A stretch of 64,000 nucleotides of DNA from Verrucomicrobiota bacterium (GTDB lineage Bacteria; Verrucomicrobiota; Verrucomicrobiia; Limisphaerales; SXTU01): the NCBI GenBank assembly GCA_016235545.1, contig JACRKB010000189.1:1863-65862 (forward strand), in the 5' to 3' direction. Every line of letters begins with the position of its first letter. The first letter of the stretch is position 1. A model generated the notes under the pieces. It saw nothing but the letters and a program-made list of their open reading frames with translations. It made no database searches and had not been told where the DNA came from. This document shows positions 1 to 8,761 of the stretch, in pieces. The position numbers and the translations under genes are program-made.

Positions 1-97
1 CAACGCCCCCGGCTCCGGGACGGACCCGGATGGAGTTTGGATGAAAGCCGGAGCCAGCGAACCTGAATAGCCCGGAAAGAAACCCCTCAAACCCTCG

Positions 98-895
98 ATG
101 AATCTTAGACCTCGGATTACGAACCTCGCACCAGTGAGCCGCCCGCCTGGCTTCACCCTCATCGAACTCCTCGTCGTCATCGCGATCATCGCCATATTGG
201 CGGGGATGTTGTTGCCCGCATTGAGCAAGGCAAAAGCGAAGGCCAAGGGCACGCAGTGCCTGAACAACAACCGCCAGGTGTGTGTCGCGCAGAAGCTGTA
301 TATCGACGACCACGACGCCGCGTTCGTGTTCCTCTGGCGCAATCCTCGCAATCCCGCCGAATCGGGCGAGCCGACGCTCGCAGAAAGCCTTGTGCCGAAC
401 CTGACTGTAATCTGGTGGCCCGACAAGCTCTCCCGTTACATCCCCGGCAACTCCAAATCATTCAATTGCTCCGCCCTCACGCGGCCCGCCATACAAGCGG
501 CAGGCGGGTCGGCAAGCATCACTAATTTCCTCGGTGTCGCCATGAGCCATGTTGAATTTGGCATCACCACGACAGCCCCTGCCACGGCGAAGATTCGCGA
601 AGTTCAGGTCGCAAAGCCTTCCGCCTCGATCTTCATTTCGGACTCCGCCCAAATTAGCAACCCAACTGAGACGAATCCCGACCTGTGGAAAGAGATCGAG
701 GGACGGGCCTCCGTCTATCTGCGCCCCCCAACGGACAGTTCATTCCTCGCCGTCGAACCGACGCGCTTGGTGGCACGCCATAACCAGCGGGCACCCTGCG
801 GCTTTGTGGACGGCCATGTGGAGACCCTCAGGCCCAGCGAAACTGGAATGCAATTCCCCAATGGCGATCCGCGTGCGCTCTGGGACAAGCAGTAG
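98..895 (+). CDS. Prepilin-type N-terminal cleavage/methylation domain protein with H-X9-DG-like C-terminus (DUF1559-like pseudopilin family)
   Basis: ATG at 98. The N-terminus [32 protein letters not shown] is a type IV pilin/T2SS pseudopilin class III signal. The C-terminus [15 protein letters not shown] fits the H-X9-DG signature. Confidence 0.85.
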   Translation: MNLRPRITNLAPVSRPPGFTLIELLVVIAIIAILAGMLLPALSKAKAKAKGTQCLNNNRQVCVAQKLYIDDHDAAFVFLWRNPRNPAESGEPTLAESLVPNLTVIWWPDKLSRYIPGNSKSFNCSALTRPAIQAAGGSASITNFLGVAMSHVEFGITTTAPATAKIREVQVAKPSASIFISDSAQISNPTETNPDLWKEIEGRASVYLRPPTDSSFLAVEPTRLVARHNQRAPCGFVDGHVETLRPSETGMQFPNGDPRALWDKQ

Positions 896-924
896 CCGGA
901 ACAAGATTTCCGTCCTGTCAGGTC

Positions 925-1251
925 ATGCTTGCTGCCATGAGTTCACGCCTCGTCCTCCAGTTCACGGCCATCCTCTTCGCACTGAGCCTACAGCTTGGTT
1001 GCAAACGCAAGAAGACGGCGGAAACACCGGCACTCCCCGCACCTCCAGCCTCCATCGCGACCACTCCTGAGGAGGCCGTTGCGGAGATCAATCGTGCGTT
1101 GCAGACTTGGATCTTCCAGCGCAACCAACCTCCAAAGGAGTTGAGCGAACTGGTGACAGCCGGATACCTGCAACGCCTCCCCACACTGCCACCGGGAAAG
1201 AAGTTCGCATTCGACCCGCTCAAGATGCAGGTGCATTTGGTCGCGGAGTGA
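925..1251 (+). CDS. Small secreted lipoprotein with Pro/Ala-rich linker and C-terminal PPGKKF motif; homolog of 8762-9073
   Basis: Signal peptide ending in lipobox LQLGC (alternative ATG at 937). It aligns by eye with the 8762-9073 product: lipobox, K/R patch, P/A linker, L..LN.AL, then PPGKK(F/Y)..D....V.LV. It lies 30 nt downstream of the pilin-like gene. Confidence 0.6.
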   Translation: MLAAMSSRLVLQFTAILFALSLQLGCKRKKTAETPALPAPPASIATTPEEAVAEINRALQTWIFQRNQPPKELSELVTAGYLQRLPTLPPGKKFAFDPLKMQVHLVAE

Positions 1252-1691
1252 GGCGGATGCGGTTTGATATAGCTGGAGCGGTTCATTGGCCGCGGTTGGA
1301 ACACAGATGGGGACGAGGAAGACTCAACCTTGCAAGGAATCGTTCCGGCTAAGGAATCGTTGGCTTAACGCAAAGACGCAAAGACGCAAGGCCGCGAAGA
1401 AAACCGACTGGGCTGGTTTCGTTCCCGCCCTTACCGCGCTGGTGAATGCGTTTCAGCGTGGCAAGCCAGTTTAATTCCTTCCTCACTCAGTCTATGCGCC
1501 CTTGCGTCAACTGCGATTTTTGGTTTCAACCCGAACTCCGAATCGGAATGGCCGCGAGAGGGAGCGCCGCGCTGGAAGGTCACCAAAAGACAAAAACTCG
1601 GCACGGAGGGTGTAGCGACGTTCTGGTGGGGGGCGTAGGATGGAACCGTCATCAACCACAAACTCCAGCGTCAATCCATTTCAAGCCTGCC

Positions 1692-2486
1692 ATGAAACTC
1701 GGACGTCTCCCCGCCCTCGCCGGTCGCGCCTTCACGCTCATCGAACTGCTCGTCGTCATCGCCATCATCGCCATTCTGGCGGGCATGCTGTTGCCGGCCT
1801 TGAGCAAGGCCAAGGCGAAGGCAAAGACGACGCATTGTTTGAACAACAACAGACAACTGGGAATGGCGACGATGCTATACAAGGATGAGTTTGATGACCG
1901 GTATTGCTTCGGCACATTCCGGGTCAACAATCCGGCGACGCTGGTGAACCCGGGCGGCTGGGTGACGATGCTCATCACCTACATGGGGGGCAGCACCAGC
2001 AGCCCGCCGAAGGCGTTTGTTTGCACTTCCGCCATGACCGATGCCTTGGGGGCTTTCCCTTTCAAAATGCATTACCGGGCCAACCGGCACATCTTCCGCG
2101 ATACGACCTTCGCGCCGGCTCCCACTCCGGTGCGCGGCGCGTTCATCCAGAATCCGTCGCTGATCAACATCCACACGGAGAAGGATGCCAACAATGGCGG
2201 CTTCAGCGACGATGTGGGGGCCTTCGACGGCTACCGCACGAGTTGGAACTTTCCTCCTGATGGGCGCACCAGCTTGAAGCGGCACAAGGGGGGGATGGTC
2301 GGCACGGTGGCGGATGGGCATGCGGAGTGGTTCAGGATGCCGCCGTTTAGCAGCGGGGCCACTCCTCCCGCCAACCTGGAGGAGCTGGGAGACATTGCGG
2401 GCCTCGACCAGAGCGGTGCCAGCTGGCCCAAGAGCGGGCGGGAGAAGTTCTTCCTGCGGTTCCAGAATGCCAATGGAGGATTCTGA
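1692..2486 (+). CDS. Prepilin-type N-terminal methylation domain protein, tandem paralog 1
   Basis: In-frame ATG at 1692 gives [45 protein letters not shown]. The C-terminal [17 protein letters not shown] is H-X9-DG-like. The product ends NANGGF like paralogs 2 and 3. The longer ORF from 1446 has no pilin-like leader logic. Confidence 0.85.
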   Translation: MKLGRLPALAGRAFTLIELLVVIAIIAILAGMLLPALSKAKAKAKTTHCLNNNRQLGMATMLYKDEFDDRYCFGTFRVNNPATLVNPGGWVTMLITYMGGSTSSPPKAFVCTSAMTDALGAFPFKMHYRANRHIFRDTTFAPAPTPVRGAFIQNPSLINIHTEKDANNGGFSDDVGAFDGYRTSWNFPPDGRTSLKRHKGGMVGTVADGHAEWFRMPPFSSGATPPANLEELGDIAGLDQSGASWPKSGREKFFLRFQNANGGF

Positions 2487-2508
2487 ACGCATCAACCCCA
2501 AGCCTGCC

Positions 2509-3312
2509 ATGAAACTCAACCGTCACGCCGCCCTTGCGCGTCGAGCCTTCACGCTCATCGAACTGCTCGTGGTCATCGCCATCATCGCGATTCTTGCTGG
2601 CATGCTGCTGCCGGCCTTGAGCAAGGCCAAGGCGAAGGCGAAGCAGACGCAGTGCTTGAACAACAGCCGGCAACTGGGGATGGCGACGATGCTTTACAAG
2701 GATGACTTCGATGACCGGTATTGCTTCGGGACCTCGAGGGTCCAATTTGCGCCGATGATGCTAAGCCCGAGCGGCTGGCTGGTGATGCTCATGCCCTACA
2801 TGGGCGGCAGCACCAGCAGCCCGCCCAAAGCTTTCGTCTGCCCCGCCGTGATGAATGACGCTTTGGCGACGAATAATTACGCGTTCAAGATGGATTACTG
2901 CGCCAACCGGCACGTATTTCGTGACCTGACTTTCGTGCCGGCTCCCAGTCCGGTGCGCGGTGCGTTCATCCAGAATCCGTCGCTGATAAACATCCACACG
3001 GAGAAGGACGCCGACCAAAGCGGCTTCAGCGACGACGTGGGAGCCTTTGACATTTATCGCACCACTTGGAACAGGGCTTCTAGTAATGGCCGCCCCGGCC
3101 GGCGGCGGCACAGCGGGGGCATGGTCGGCACCGCTGCGGACGGGCACGCGGAGTGGTTCAGGATGCCGCCTTTCAGCAGCGGGGCCACGCCTCCCGCCAA
3201 CTTGGAGGAGCTGGGAGACATCGCGGGCACTGACCAGAGCGGTGCCAGCTGGCCCAAGAGCGGGAGGGAGAAGTTTTTCCTACGGTTCCAAAATGCCAAT
3301 GGAGGATTCTGA
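2509..3312 (+). CDS. Prepilin-type N-terminal methylation domain protein, tandem paralog 2
   Basis: ATG at 2509, 22 nt after the stop of paralog 1, gives [22 protein letters not shown]. Both ends are near-identical to paralog 1 while the middle has diverged. Confidence 0.85.
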   Translation: MKLNRHAALARRAFTLIELLVVIAIIAILAGMLLPALSKAKAKAKQTQCLNNSRQLGMATMLYKDDFDDRYCFGTSRVQFAPMMLSPSGWLVMLMPYMGGSTSSPPKAFVCPAVMNDALATNNYAFKMDYCANRHVFRDLTFVPAPSPVRGAFIQNPSLINIHTEKDADQSGFSDDVGAFDIYRTTWNRASSNGRPGRRRHSGGMVGTAADGHAEWFRMPPFSSGATPPANLEELGDIAGTDQSGASWPKSGREKFFLRFQNANGGF

Positions 3313-3334
3313 ACGCATCAACCCCAAGCCTGGC

Positions 3335-4123
3335 ATGAAACTCAACCGTCACTCCGCCCCTGCCCGGCGTGCCTTCACCCTCATCGAACTGCTCGTGGTC
3401 ATCGCCATCATCGCGATCCTTGCGGGTATGCTGCTGCCGGCCTTGGGAAAGGCGAAAGCGAAGGCGAAGCAGACGCAGTGCTTGAACAACAACCGGCAAC
3501 TGGGGATGGCGACGATGCTTTACAAGGATGACTTCGATGACCGGTATTGCTTCGGCAACCAAGTCACCACTCCGGCGAACCTGATGAGCCCGCTGGGCTG
3601 GGTGGCGCAACTCATCACCTACATGGGCGGCAAGACCAACAGCCCGCCCAAGTCACTTGTCTGCTCCGCCGAACCCGATGTCTCCGCCGGGGCGTTTGCG
3701 TTCGTCGTGCATTATCGCGCCAACCGGCACCTCTTTCGCGACGGGGGCTTCACCGTTCCCGTCCCGATTCGCGGCACAGCTATCCAGCGACCGTCGGAGA
3801 TAAACATCCATTCGGAGAAACACGCCACCAACATCAACTTCAGCGCGAACAACGCCGCCTACACCGGCTTCCGCACCAGTTGGAATAACCTCCCTGTCCC
3901 GCTGCTTGGTATGAGGCGGCACAATGAGGGCATGACCGCCACCGCTGCGGATGGGCGTGCGCTGTGGGTCAAGATGCCTCCCTACCTCGGCAACAACATT
4001 GCCCCGACGGGCCTGGAGGAGCTAGGTGACATCGCGGGCGACGACCAGCAGGGTGCCAACTGGCCCAAGACCGGGCGGGAGAAGGTTTTCATCCGCAACA
4101 ATAATGCCAATGGAGGATTCTGA
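3335..4123 (+). CDS. Prepilin-type N-terminal methylation domain protein, tandem paralog 3
   Basis: ATG at 3335, 22 nt after the stop of paralog 2, gives [22 protein letters not shown]. The product ends NANGGF. Confidence 0.85.
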   Translation: MKLNRHSAPARRAFTLIELLVVIAIIAILAGMLLPALGKAKAKAKQTQCLNNNRQLGMATMLYKDDFDDRYCFGNQVTTPANLMSPLGWVAQLITYMGGKTNSPPKSLVCSAEPDVSAGAFAFVVHYRANRHLFRDGGFTVPVPIRGTAIQRPSEINIHSEKHATNINFSANNAAYTGFRTSWNNLPVPLLGMRRHNEGMTATAADGRALWVKMPPYLGNNIAPTGLEELGDIAGDDQQGANWPKTGREKVFIRNNNANGGF

Positions 4124-4145
4124 AAGCATCAACCCCGAGCTTCGC

Positions 4146-5009
4146 ATGAAACTCAACCGTCACTCCGCCCTTGCCCGTCAGGGCTTCACCCTCATCGAAC
4201 TGCTCGTGGTCATCGCCATCATCGCGATCCTGGCCGGGATGCTCCTGCCGGCGCTGGCCAAGGCCAAGGCCAAGGGGCAGGGCATCGCGTGCCTCAACAA
4301 CAGCCGACAGATCATGCTCGCGTGGCAGCTTTATTCCGGCGACCACGACGACCGGATGGCGTGGTGCGCGAACAGCATCAACGCGGGCAAGCAGGCCAAC
4401 GCAGCGAGCTGGGTGACCGGCTTCCTGGGCAAGCCGGGCACGGCTCCCACGGACAACACAAACACCGACATGCTCATCGGCCAGAGCTATGTGCAATTTG
4501 GCTCCATCGGCCAATACACGAAGGCGGCGCAGGTCTATAAATGCCCTGCCGACAAGAGCACGTTCAACAACGCCCCGCGCACGCGGAGCATTTCGATGAA
4601 CGGCTTCATGAACCCGAACCCGACAAGCAGTCCCAGCGCCGGCCTGACCACGGGCGTGTATGCCACGCTCGCCAAGTTCAAGCGTCTCGGCGACCTCGTG
4701 TCCCTCTCGCCCGCGAACGCGATGGTGTTCTGGGATGAGAACGAGGACAGCATGAACGACGGATTTTTCCTCGTCGTGGGGAATGGCGCAAATCCCAAGG
4801 ACCCCACCCAATACCGGATTGTGGACTGGCCAGCCGCCTATCACAACGGCGCGGCAGGCATCGCCTTCGCGGACGGCCACTCGGAGATTCACAAATGGGA
4901 GGATGCGCGCACCATGCCGAAAATCGGGCAGTTGCCGGCGGGCACTGTGGCACAGCCCAACAACAACGACATCGGCTGGATGCAGGCGCACGCGACAGCG
5001 GGGCCTTGA
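4146..5009 (+). CDS. Prepilin-type N-terminal methylation domain protein (DUF1559-like), tandem unit 4 with unrelated body
   Basis: ATG at 4146, 22 nt after the stop of paralog 3. It shares the same leader [22 protein letters not shown], but the mature domain differs. The C-terminal [16 protein letters not shown] is an H-X9-DG motif. Confidence 0.85.
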   Translation: MKLNRHSALARQGFTLIELLVVIAIIAILAGMLLPALAKAKAKGQGIACLNNSRQIMLAWQLYSGDHDDRMAWCANSINAGKQANAASWVTGFLGKPGTAPTDNTNTDMLIGQSYVQFGSIGQYTKAAQVYKCPADKSTFNNAPRTRSISMNGFMNPNPTSSPSAGLTTGVYATLAKFKRLGDLVSLSPANAMVFWDENEDSMNDGFFLVVGNGANPKDPTQYRIVDWPAAYHNGAAGIAFADGHSEIHKWEDARTMPKIGQLPAGTVAQPNNNDIGWMQAHATAGP

Positions 5010-5036
5010 CCTGCCAGCCGCAACTCAAGAATTTAC

Positions 5037-5771
5037 ATGAACATGAAACACCTGACACCCCTGCTCACCTTCGCCATCGCCAGTGCCTTTTCAGTGGCGG
5101 CGGCGGAAGCGGAATTCAAGCCCCTCTTCAACGGCAAGGACCTCGCCGGCTGGGAAGGGTTGCCCGGATACTTCTCCGTGAAGGACGGGGTGATTCACGC
5201 CGAGACGACAGCCGCGAACGCGCTCAAGAAAAACACGTTCCTCATCTATACCAACGCCGAGTTCGGTGACTTCGAGCTTCGATTCGACTACAAGTGCGTG
5301 GGAGGCAACTCTGGGATGCAATACCGCAGCGAGCGGCTGCCGGACTTCGTGATGAAAGGCTACCAGTCCGACTTCGAGAACCAGAACCGTTTCACCGGGA
5401 TGTTCTTCGAGGAGAACGGCCGCATGTTCATGGCCTACCCCGGCGAATACGTGACGGTGAAGCCGCTCGGCCAGCTCACTCCCGAAGAAGCAGGAAAGAA
5501 AAACAAACCCAAGGCCCGGCTGGACAAGGTGAAGTTCGCCACGACGGACGAGGCCTTCAGCCACATCAAGGACGCGACCGCGTGGCACGCCATGACCATC
5601 ATCGCCCGTGGCAACACCTTCGTTCACATCCTCGACGGCCGCGTGATGAGCGTGGCAGTGGATGAGGACGCGGCGAACTTCCGCAAGTCCGGCCTGCTCG
5701 GCCTGCAGGTCCACCAAGGCCCGCCGATGACCATCGACTTGAAGAACGTGCGCATCCGGGAGCTGAAGTGA
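5037..5771 (+). CDS. DUF1080 domain protein (3-keto-disaccharide hydrolase-like, secreted)
   Basis: Signal peptide, then FKPLFNGKDLAGWEG. The C-terminal GLLGLQVHQGPPMTIDLKNVRIRELK is the characteristic DUF1080 ending. Confidence 0.85.
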   Translation: MNMKHLTPLLTFAIASAFSVAAAEAEFKPLFNGKDLAGWEGLPGYFSVKDGVIHAETTAANALKKNTFLIYTNAEFGDFELRFDYKCVGGNSGMQYRSERLPDFVMKGYQSDFENQNRFTGMFFEENGRMFMAYPGEYVTVKPLGQLTPEEAGKKNKPKARLDKVKFATTDEAFSHIKDATAWHAMTIIARGNTFVHILDGRVMSVAVDEDAANFRKSGLLGLQVHQGPPMTIDLKNVRIRELK

Positions 5772-5780
5772 GGCGCGAGA

Positions 5781-5809
5781 GCAGCCCCAATCTTTGGGTT
5801 TTCTGCTGC
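5781..5809 (+). terminator. Possible rho-independent terminator after the DUF1080 gene
   Basis: GCAGC-CCCAA-TCT-TTGGG-TTTTCT-GCTGC: a short GC-poor stem (CCCAA/TTGGG) followed by a T run. It starts 10 nt after the stop codon. Confidence 0.35.
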
Positions 5810-6165
5810 GGATTCATGGTCCCAATGCGCGGGTTTTCGGCCTGTGGCGGCTACCCATGAATCTCTGCGGCATGAAGGCAGCGCTCCAACGGCAGCTTCC
5901 CGTGTTGGCTGATTGTTGTCTTTTGCCCGCTGTGGCAAAGAGATGGAGGGAAAGTGTTTCCAGATTCTGGTTCCGCCCGAAGCGACGGTTGTGTTCGGAT
6001 GAGGAAATGAAGGCTGTGGCTCCTGTGTGAGGTGACAGAATGATGGCCGTGGAACGCAGCTTTGGCACGCGTTAGCAATCGAGCTCATCTCGCTGGCGAA
6101 AATGTTTCATGTTGTGTTTCCAAGTTGTGGCGCGCTTTGGCATTGGCATCGCTTCGAGCGTTGCC

Positions 6166-6330
6166 ATGTTGTCTCAGCCACTTGAATCCGCCCTGTCAAA
6201 GCACAAACTGAAAACCTTGCTCCCGCGCCTCCTGGCAATGCTGGCCTTGGGGTTGTCGCTCACCGGTTGCGGCACCGTGGAAGAAGGTCGCAGCCTGCAA
6301 CAACCAAGGCATCTCGGTCATGGGCACTGA
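6166..6330 (+). CDS. Hypothetical very small lipoprotein (54 aa precursor)
   Basis: MLSQPLESALSKHKLKTLLPRLLAMLALGLSLTGC has a good n-region, h-region and lipobox. Only about 20 residues follow the Cys. It could be a truncated remnant. Confidence 0.3.
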   Translation: MLSQPLESALSKHKLKTLLPRLLAMLALGLSLTGCGTVEEGRSLQQPRHLGHGH

Positions 6331-6437
6331 CGAGAGGGTGTTGAGTTTTGAGCGGAACGGGCTGCGAGAAACAAAGCGCCGGAGGCGGGCGTGAAGGTAG
6401 TCGGTGGGTGCGCCTCTCCCTTCTGGCTTCTGGCTTC

Positions 6438-6671
6438 TGATATCATTTCGGAATGAGATTCGGTGGAATGGCAAGGCACCGCGACGTGCGCTGGCTCCCT
6501 CTCCCTTCCTCGGAGGAGGGGAGAGGGTTGGGGTGAAGGGTTGCGTGGGTAGGCATGGGACGCCCCACCCCTCATCCGGCCTGCGGCCACCTTCTCCCCT
6601 CCTCCGAGGAAGGGAGAAGGCGCGCGTCGTGGCGTCCTGTTTGCATTCCACCGACTGGCATTGGGAATTGG
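6438..6671 (+). repeat. MITE/REP-like structured intergenic repeat, copy A
   Basis: Near-identical to 9088-9309 except for a 9-nt insertion. It has terminal imperfect inverted repeats (TCGGTGGAATGGCAA ... TTGCATTCCACCGA). It also has two internal ~15-bp-stem palindromes at 6497-6527 and 6590-6620. Confidence 0.85.
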
Positions 6672-6793
6672 TATGACTCCATTCCTTTGCGCTCTTTGCG
6701 CCCTTTCGCGGCCATTCCATTTCAGAGTTCCGGCTCAACACGGCGGAAAAGCCTGCACTCCATCCTCCTTGAAGCTTGGTCCTGTCCACTGCG

Positions 6794-7882
6794 CTACACC
6801 GTCTCGCCGGGGACATAAGCTGGCATCAGCCGGATGGAGATCGCGGGCAGCGTGCCGGTTTCGGCCAGTTGCCGGGCCGCCAGGGAGATACGGCGTGCGA
6901 ACCGGGCGGGATCGACGGCGTAGCGCGCGATGGACGGGCTGGTGGCCTGCAGATAGGTGTCGTCGTCGCGCGAGATGACTGCCACATCCTGCGGGATGCG
7001 CCGGCCCCAGCGCATCAGGTGCATCATCACCGTTAGCACATGGGTCGGGCGCGCGACAACGTAGGCGGTGGGCGGGCCGGATTCCCGCAAGGCGTCGTCG
7101 AGCAGCGAGCAGAGGTGCTCGGCGGTGCCATCGTGCCGCAGCACTCGCAGTTGCGTGTCGCGTCCGGTGCCTAGCGATTCACGCAACCCCTCCTCGCTGG
7201 CGACATCGCCGGCGGCATTTCTCTGCGGCAGCACCAGTGCGATCCGCTGATGCCCTTTGCGCAACAGAAGGCCGCCCGCGTGCCGGCAGACGGCGCGATG
7301 GTCAGCATCAACAGAGGGCAGGGCGATGCCCGGGCAGGAGGACCCCAGGACCAGGCAGGGCAGCCGTTGGCGAAAGAACCATTTCTGCGTTGGCTCCGCA
7401 GAACCGACCAGCAGCCAGACTGCGGCGGAGCGGGCGTGAACGAGCTGCCGCAACGCGCGCGCGGGATGGGCTGAGAAGCAGCGGGGGATGACGTGCAGCT
7501 CCATCGAGCATCCCGCGTTGGCCAGCTTTTCCCGCAGCACGTCCACGAGCACGAGCGCCTTCTGGGACATCGCCTGCAAGGGCGAGGGGGAAAGCACTGC
7601 CACCATGCCTTTCGGGGCGGCGGGTCTGGCAGCGGCCCGCTTGCGTTTGATGCGGCGGGATTGACGGTGCGTGACATCGAGCCAGCCCGTGCGCTGCATC
7701 TCCTCCAACGCGGTGCGCAAGGTTCGGCGGCTGACCTGGAGGCGCTCACACAGCTCGCGCTCGCCAGGCAGACGCTTCTGCCAGTGGCCTGCGAGAATGC
7801 CCTCGCACAGGGTGTGCATTGTCTGGGTGACGAGCGAGAGGCGCTTGGGCAGTGCAGGGGAGTGGGCGGTTTTGGCTGTCAT
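6794..7882 (-). CDS. GntR-family HTH transcriptional regulator with LacI/PBP1-type sugar-binding domain
   Basis: Start at MTAKTAHS (ATG at 7882). The longer ORF to 8152 would overlap the opposite-strand pilin gene. The HTH LPGERELCERLQVSRRTLRTALEEMQRTGWL is GntR-like. The C-terminal ~270 aa resemble periplasmic-binding-protein type I effector domains. Confidence 0.8.
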   Translation of the reverse strand: MTAKTAHSPALPKRLSLVTQTMHTLCEGILAGHWQKRLPGERELCERLQVSRRTLRTALEEMQRTGWLDVTHRQSRRIKRKRAAARPAAPKGMVAVLSPSPLQAMSQKALVLVDVLREKLANAGCSMELHVIPRCFSAHPARALRQLVHARSAAVWLLVGSAEPTQKWFFRQRLPCLVLGSSCPGIALPSVDADHRAVCRHAGGLLLRKGHQRIALVLPQRNAAGDVASEEGLRESLGTGRDTQLRVLRHDGTAEHLCSLLDDALRESGPPTAYVVARPTHVLTVMMHLMRWGRRIPQDVAVISRDDDTYLQATSPSIARYAVDPARFARRISLAARQLAETGTLPAISIRLMPAYVPGETV

Positions 7883-7903
7883 CTGGTCCCGTAAAGTGAC
7901 CAG
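7883..7903. promoter_or_regulatory. Candidate GntR-type operator CTGGTC-N9-GACCAG
   Basis: Perfect 6-bp inverted repeat with a 9-nt spacer. It abuts the regulator start codon and lies 95 nt upstream of the divergent pilin-like gene. It contains the GT...AC core typical of GntR operators. Confidence 0.45.
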
Positions 7904-7997
7904 AAGCTTAAGGTTGTCCCCGGCAACCGACAAGGCAAAGGTAGCTGCATGGGCAGTAGAATGAATCGCTTCAGCCAGGCAACCAACTGATTCTCGT

Positions 7998-8726
7998 ATG
8001 AAAGCCAAGTTCTCCTCCGCGTTCACCCTCATCGAACTCCTCGTCGTCATCGCGATCATCGCGATCCTGGCTGGAATGCTCCTGCCCGCCTTGTCCAAGG
8101 CCAAGGACAAGTCCATCGGCATCAAGTGCGTGAGCAACAAGAAGCAGATCACGCTGGCGATGCTGCTCTACGCGGGCGACAACGACGACCAGCTTCCGCA
8201 TTTCGCTTACAATTTCCCTGCGCCCTTCACCAATTGGTGGTGGATGGCGATCAGCCGTTACGTCGGCGTTTCCAACGTGACCACCACGACCACCGCCGCC
8301 GGTGCATTCGGCGGGCGAGATTTGGAATGCCCCAGGGTCAGACATGCCGCGAATGCCCCGACCTACAGCATCAACTACGGTGTGGTGTTTCGCTATCTGG
8401 CACCTTCCCTTGGAGCACTCGGTTCCGGTTCCAAGCGGCTGGCGGTGCTTCCGCCTGCTACTTATCTGTTGTTGGACGCCACCAACATCGTTTACTCGCC
8501 CGCCAACTGGGCATTCAACACGGACTACGACGGCGACGGTCTCGTGGACGGGCACAGCGCCCTGAGCAACCCCTACTACAACGGCTTGTCCGCACCTCAT
8601 GGCATGTCAGGTGCCACGCAACGGGGTCAGGCTGACAAGGCCTCGATGGGCTTCGTGGATGGCTCCGCCCGGTTGGTTTCGCGCATTGAATTCGTCCGGG
8701 GCACCAACATGTGGGGCGGACTGTAG
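7998..8726 (+). CDS. Prepilin-type N-terminal cleavage/methylation domain protein
   Basis: [39 protein letters not shown]. The C-terminal [14 protein letters not shown] is a degenerate X9-DG motif. Confidence 0.85.
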   Translation: MKAKFSSAFTLIELLVVIAIIAILAGMLLPALSKAKDKSIGIKCVSNKKQITLAMLLYAGDNDDQLPHFAYNFPAPFTNWWWMAISRYVGVSNVTTTTTAAGAFGGRDLECPRVRHAANAPTYSINYGVVFRYLAPSLGALGSGSKRLAVLPPATYLLLDATNIVYSPANWAFNTDYDGDGLVDGHSALSNPYYNGLSAPHGMSGATQRGQADKASMGFVDGSARLVSRIEFVRGTNMWGGL

Positions 8727-8761
8727 GTCCAGCCTCTGCGCCTCTGGAGAACGACTCTCGC

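Larger units (their letters stand above)
1692..4163 (+). repeat. Head-to-tail tandem gene array (three ~0.82-kb units plus the leader of a fourth)
   Basis: Gene starts at 1692, 2509, 3335 and 4146 give spacings of 817, 826 and 811 nt. The junction TGCCAATGGAGGATTCTGAACGCATCAACCCCAAGCCTGCCATGAAACTCAACCGTCAC recurs at about 2468, 3294 and 4105. The first two copies differ at one base, and the third has a few more differences. Confidence 0.9.

Noticed and set aside
1446-4145. Long N-terminal extensions of the tandem pilin ORFs (1446, 2314, 3047, 4026 starts)
   Set aside because: The extensions overlap the 3-prime end of the preceding paralog in another frame. The conserved MKL(N/G)R...FTLIELL leader begins at internal ATGs spaced exactly 22 nt after each upstream stop.
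2468-4163. The thrice-repeated ~58-nt junction as a CRISPR-like or attC-like array
   Set aside because: The repeats are spaced about 820 nt apart and span gene end, spacer and gene start of paralogous coding sequences. This is a tandem gene duplication, not a repeat-spacer array.
6196-6816. ORFs 6196-6816 (-), 6404-6676 (+), 8765-9289 (-) and 9087-9302 (+), which encode near-identical peptides (..RRRGEGGRRPDEGWG.., ..PSPLLRGREK..)
   Set aside because: The similarity comes from the palindromic intergenic repeat being read in several frames on both strands. They have low-complexity composition and no start or stop conservation.
7883-8152. Start of the GntR regulator at 8152
   Set aside because: It would overlap the opposite-strand pilin gene by 155 nt and would add a hydrophobic non-homologous N-terminus. 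The GntR HTH lies about 30 residues after the internal ATG at 7882.
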